A stretch of DNA of 64,000 bases from the NCBI GenBank assembly GCA_035710545.1, contig DASTDD010000214.1, positions 895 through 64,894 on the forward strand. The letters run 5' to 3'. The notes under the pieces were generated by a model, which ran no database searches, was not told the origin of the DNA, and worked only from the letters and a program-made list of their open reading frames with translations. The DNA comes from Steroidobacteraceae bacterium. Lineage in GTDB: Bacteria > Pseudomonadota > Gammaproteobacteria > Steroidobacterales > Steroidobacteraceae. Positions 61,579-64,000 of the stretch are shown here, piece after piece. The translations under genes and the position numbers were made by a program. Position 1 is the first letter of the stretch, and the number at the start of each line of letters is the position of its first letter.

Positions 61579-63567
61579 TCAACCGGCGAGCAGCACCGCC
61601 TCAGCCCGCTCGAGATCCTCGGGTTGGCCGTAGATCACGACGATGTCCCCGTCCCGCAGCACGGTCTCATCCGCCGGCGCGCGCCCGAGGATGCCCTGAC
61701 GACGCACGCCCGTGAACGTGACTTCGATGCCGCGACTGCGCACGTCGCGCAACGTCCGGCCCACGGCCCAGGCACCGGGCGGCACGACGACGGACTTGAT
61801 CTCCTCCCGGTGCTCCAGCTCCTGATCCATGGGTCGCGGATCGCCTCGCGGGACGATGTTGCGCAGCACTGAATAACGGTTGCTGCGGATTTCACCCACT
61901 GTGCGCACCACACGCGTCACCGGCACCTGCAGCAGCATCAGGACGTGCGATACGAGCATGAGGCTCGCTTCGAACGTTTCAGGTACCACGTCGGTCGCGC
62001 CGGCTTCCGTCAGCTCATGGAGGCGCGCATCGTCCTGAGTGCGCACCAGGACCGGCACGTGCGGGCGCAAGGTACGGATACTGCGCAGGATACCGATGGA
62101 GGTCGCGGGATCGGAAAAGCTGATGACCACCGCGCTGGCGTTGTCCAGACCGGCCCTCGCCAGCATCTCCTCGTCCGAGGAGTCGCCATACAACACCGGG
62201 TCGCCCGCCTGGCGCGCCGCGCGGATGCGCGCCGGGTCGAGGTCCAGCGCAATGTACTCGAAGCCCTGCCCTTCCAGGACGCGCGCCACGTTCTGGCCGA
62301 CCCGGCCGAAGCCGCACAGGATCACGTGCTCGCGCTGCGCGATCTCGCTCGTCGCGGCGTCTTCGCGCTCGATCGCGGTCCCCGGAGGCCCGCGCTCCTT
62401 GAGGATGAAACGCGCGACGCGCTTGTTGTTGTTGAGCACGAATGGGCTGAACACCATCGAGAGCACGATGGCCACGAGCAGCGGCTCGCCGAGTGCCGCG
62501 GGCATCAGCCCGGACTGCAGCGCGATGGTGCACAGCGCCACCCCGAATTCGCCCCCGATGGAGATGACGATGCCGGTGCGCAGCGCTTTGAACCGCGAGT
62601 TCGTGAAGGGACGCGTGACGAGCGCGGCGACGATGGCCTTCAGGGCGACCATGCCGACCAGCATGGCCGACACGAGCCCCAGGCTACCCAGCAGCAGGCG
62701 CACGTCCAGCAGCATTCCCACCGAGATGAAGAACATCCCGAGCAGGATGTCGCGGAACGGCCGGATGACTGCATCGATCTGATGCCGGTACTCGGTCTCC
62801 GCCAGCATCATTCCCGAGAGAAACGCCCCGAGGGCGAGCGACAGGCCGGCAACGTTGGAGATCCAGGCCGAGGCCAGCACGACGAACAGCACGGTGAGGG
62901 TGAAGAGCTCGCGCAGGCGACTGTGCGCGATCACATGGAACAACGGACGCAGCAGCCAGCGACCGGCTGCGAGCACGATGCCCACCGAGAGCGCACCGCC
63001 TATCACCGCGACGGCGCTCTGGCGAAAGTCGAAGTGCCCCCCGCCTGCGGCGAGCGCGGAGGTCAGCGCCAGCAGCGGCACGAACGCCAGGTCCTGAAAC
63101 AGCAGCATGCTGAAGGCAAGCCGGCCGTGGGTGCGATTCAGCTCGGCCCGCTCGGTGAGCTGCTGCAGCAGAATCGCCGTGGAGCTCATGGCGATCGCGC
63201 CCCCCGCGACGATGCCGGTCAGAGGATCCAGTCCCAGCAGCCAGGCTATGCAGGCGAACACGGCGGTCGTGCCCACTACCTGCGCGGCGCCGAGCCCAAA
63301 CACCTCGCGGCGCATGGCAACCATTCGCGGCAGGGAGAATTCCAGCCCAAGGGTGAACAGCAGGAAGGCTACACCGAGCTCCCCGAGCAGCCGCGTGGTG
63401 TCGGAATCCGGGACGAGCGCCAGGGCGTGGGGTCCCAGCGCGAGACCCACGATGAAGTACGCCACGGCGGCCGGCAAAGCCATGCGGCGCACCACCGTGA
63501 CGGCGAACACGACCGCCGCCAGGAGGATGAGGATCTGCGACAGGGGCTGTGACAGCGCCTCGGTCAT
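61579..63567 (-). CDS. Monovalent cation:proton antiporter-2 (CPA2, KefB/KefC-like) with RCK (TrkA-N/TrkA-C) domains
   Basis: 13 TM Na_H_Exchanger core, then HVILCGFGRVGQNVARVLE (Rossmann, TrkA-N) and a TrkA-C tail. Confidence 0.9.
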   Translation of the reverse strand: MTEALSQPLSQILILLAAVVFAVTVVRRMALPAAVAYFIVGLALGPHALALVPDSDTTRLLGELGVAFLLFTLGLEFSLPRMVAMRREVFGLGAAQVVGTTAVFACIAWLLGLDPLTGIVAGGAIAMSSTAILLQQLTERAELNRTHGRLAFSMLLFQDLAFVPLLALTSALAAGGGHFDFRQSAVAVIGGALSVGIVLAAGRWLLRPLFHVIAHSRLRELFTLTVLFVVLASAWISNVAGLSLALGAFLSGMMLAETEYRHQIDAVIRPFRDILLGMFFISVGMLLDVRLLLGSLGLVSAMLVGMVALKAIVAALVTRPFTNSRFKALRTGIVISIGGEFGVALCTIALQSGLMPAALGEPLLVAIVLSMVFSPFVLNNNKRVARFILKERGPPGTAIEREDAATSEIAQREHVILCGFGRVGQNVARVLEGQGFEYIALDLDPARIRAARQAGDPVLYGDSSDEEMLARAGLDNASAVVISFSDPATSIGILRSIRTLRPHVPVLVRTQDDARLHELTEAGATDVVPETFEASLMLVSHVLMLLQVPVTRVVRTVGEIRSNRYSVLRNIVPRGDPRPMDQELEHREEIKSVVVPPGAWAVGRTLRDVRSRGIEVTFTGVRRQGILGRAPADETVLRDGDIVVIYGQPEDLERAEAVLLAG

Positions 63568-63656
63568 TCGCCAGGTGTCTCCTGCTGCTGCTCAGCGAGC
63601 CACATGGCCCGGCCGCGCCAACTTAGACTGCGGCCGGCGAGCGTGCAACGCTCACC

Positions 63657-64000
63657 TCATCGGCGCCACCCCGGGCGCTCGTAGATCGCGACTTGTTGGG
63701 GCACGGCAATTCCGGCGGGCAATCTCGGATCATCGATCGGTGCGCCGGGCCGAAGCTCCAGCGGCAGCACCCCGGCCCAGCAGCCCAGTGAATAGTCGGC
63801 CTCGTCGTCGATCGGCGGTCCCTCGCGCACTTTGGCAGATGCCTCGGCGATCTGCAGCCGCAGGACCGTGGTCGTCCTGAGCTCGAGCGCGTTCGGCCCC
63901 CGAATCCCCGCCGCGCGGCCGGCCACGACGTGATTCACCAGCGCATCGAGCGCTGCGAGCTTCTCGTATTCGTCGCTCACCTCGCGGGCGACACCCAGGA
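63657..64000 (-). CDS. Pyridoxamine 5'-phosphate oxidase-like FMN-binding family protein, C-terminal part (the 5' end lies beyond the window)
   Basis: The frame is open to the window end. LDALVNHVVAGRAAGIRGPNALELRTTTVLRLQIAEASAKVREGPPIDDEADY is typical of this split-barrel family. Confidence 0.6.
   Translation of the reverse strand, partial: LGVAREVSDEYEKLAALDALVNHVVAGRAAGIRGPNALELRTTTVLRLQIAEASAKVREGPPIDDEADYSLGCWAGVLPLELRPGAPIDDPRLPAGIAVPQQVAIYERPGWRR

Noticed and set aside
61945-63552. 535-aa plus-strand ORF antisense to the CPA2 antiporter gene
   Set aside because: The extremely Arg/His/Asp/Gly/Gln-rich product is typical of an antisense reading of a membrane-protein gene. The sense gene is a full-length, recognisable KefB/C-like protein.
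1-64000. Scan of the whole window for tRNA/rRNA genes, transposases, integrases, toxin-antitoxin pairs and defence systems
   Set aside because: I found no GGTTCGAATCC-type T-arm or rRNA-like stretch. No ORF has recognisable transposase, integrase, Cas, restriction or abortive-infection motifs. The window looks like core chromosome rather than an accessory island.

Overview
The window is a gene-dense, high-GC (about two thirds G+C by eye) chromosomal segment that looks proteobacterial. I support about 64 protein-coding genes. I saw no rRNA, tRNA, CRISPR array, transposase or integrase. Many long ORFs in the track are mirror-frame artefacts of the GC content and are not called.

Positions 1-44200 are mostly ordinary metabolism and envelope genes:
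- a cytochrome c / [2Fe-2S] / molybdopterin dehydrogenase operon (7441-11586);
- a branched-chain 2-oxoacid dehydrogenase E1alpha-E1beta-E2 operon (12806-16593);
- a hydroxyproline catabolic cluster with a GntR regulator (23024-27019);
- fhs, hemJ, apt, and lipid or envelope enzymes (PIG-L, PLD/Cls-like, PmtA-like methyltransferase);
- a PAS-GGDEF-EAL protein and several DUF proteins.

Positions 45400-58300 form a dense regulatory island. It holds a sensor-less HisKA_3 kinase, a CheY-like receiver, a NarL-type regulator and an orphan NtrC-type sigma54 activator. It also holds a hybrid kinase, a stand-alone rpoN copy and an EcfG-like ECF sigma factor. Stress or envelope effectors are interleaved with these (CPA1 antiporter, DUF2383, DUF4398/OmpA lipoproteins).

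The most interesting signals are read directly from the DNA:
- two tandem, near-perfect sigma54 promoters followed by a canonical intrinsic terminator in a 670-bp gap (51558-51701), which is a candidate sigma54-dependent sRNA or leader;
- a sigma54 promoter directly upstream of rpoN itself (53886-53900);
- sigma54-like and EcfG-type promoters flanking a perfect 17-bp inverted repeat between the PRC-barrel and PepSY genes (17745-17919);
- a palindrome with sigma54 geometry upstream of the bkd operon.

I found no defence system, mobile element or clearly novel enzyme system. All functional calls come from motif recognition and memory, not from searches.
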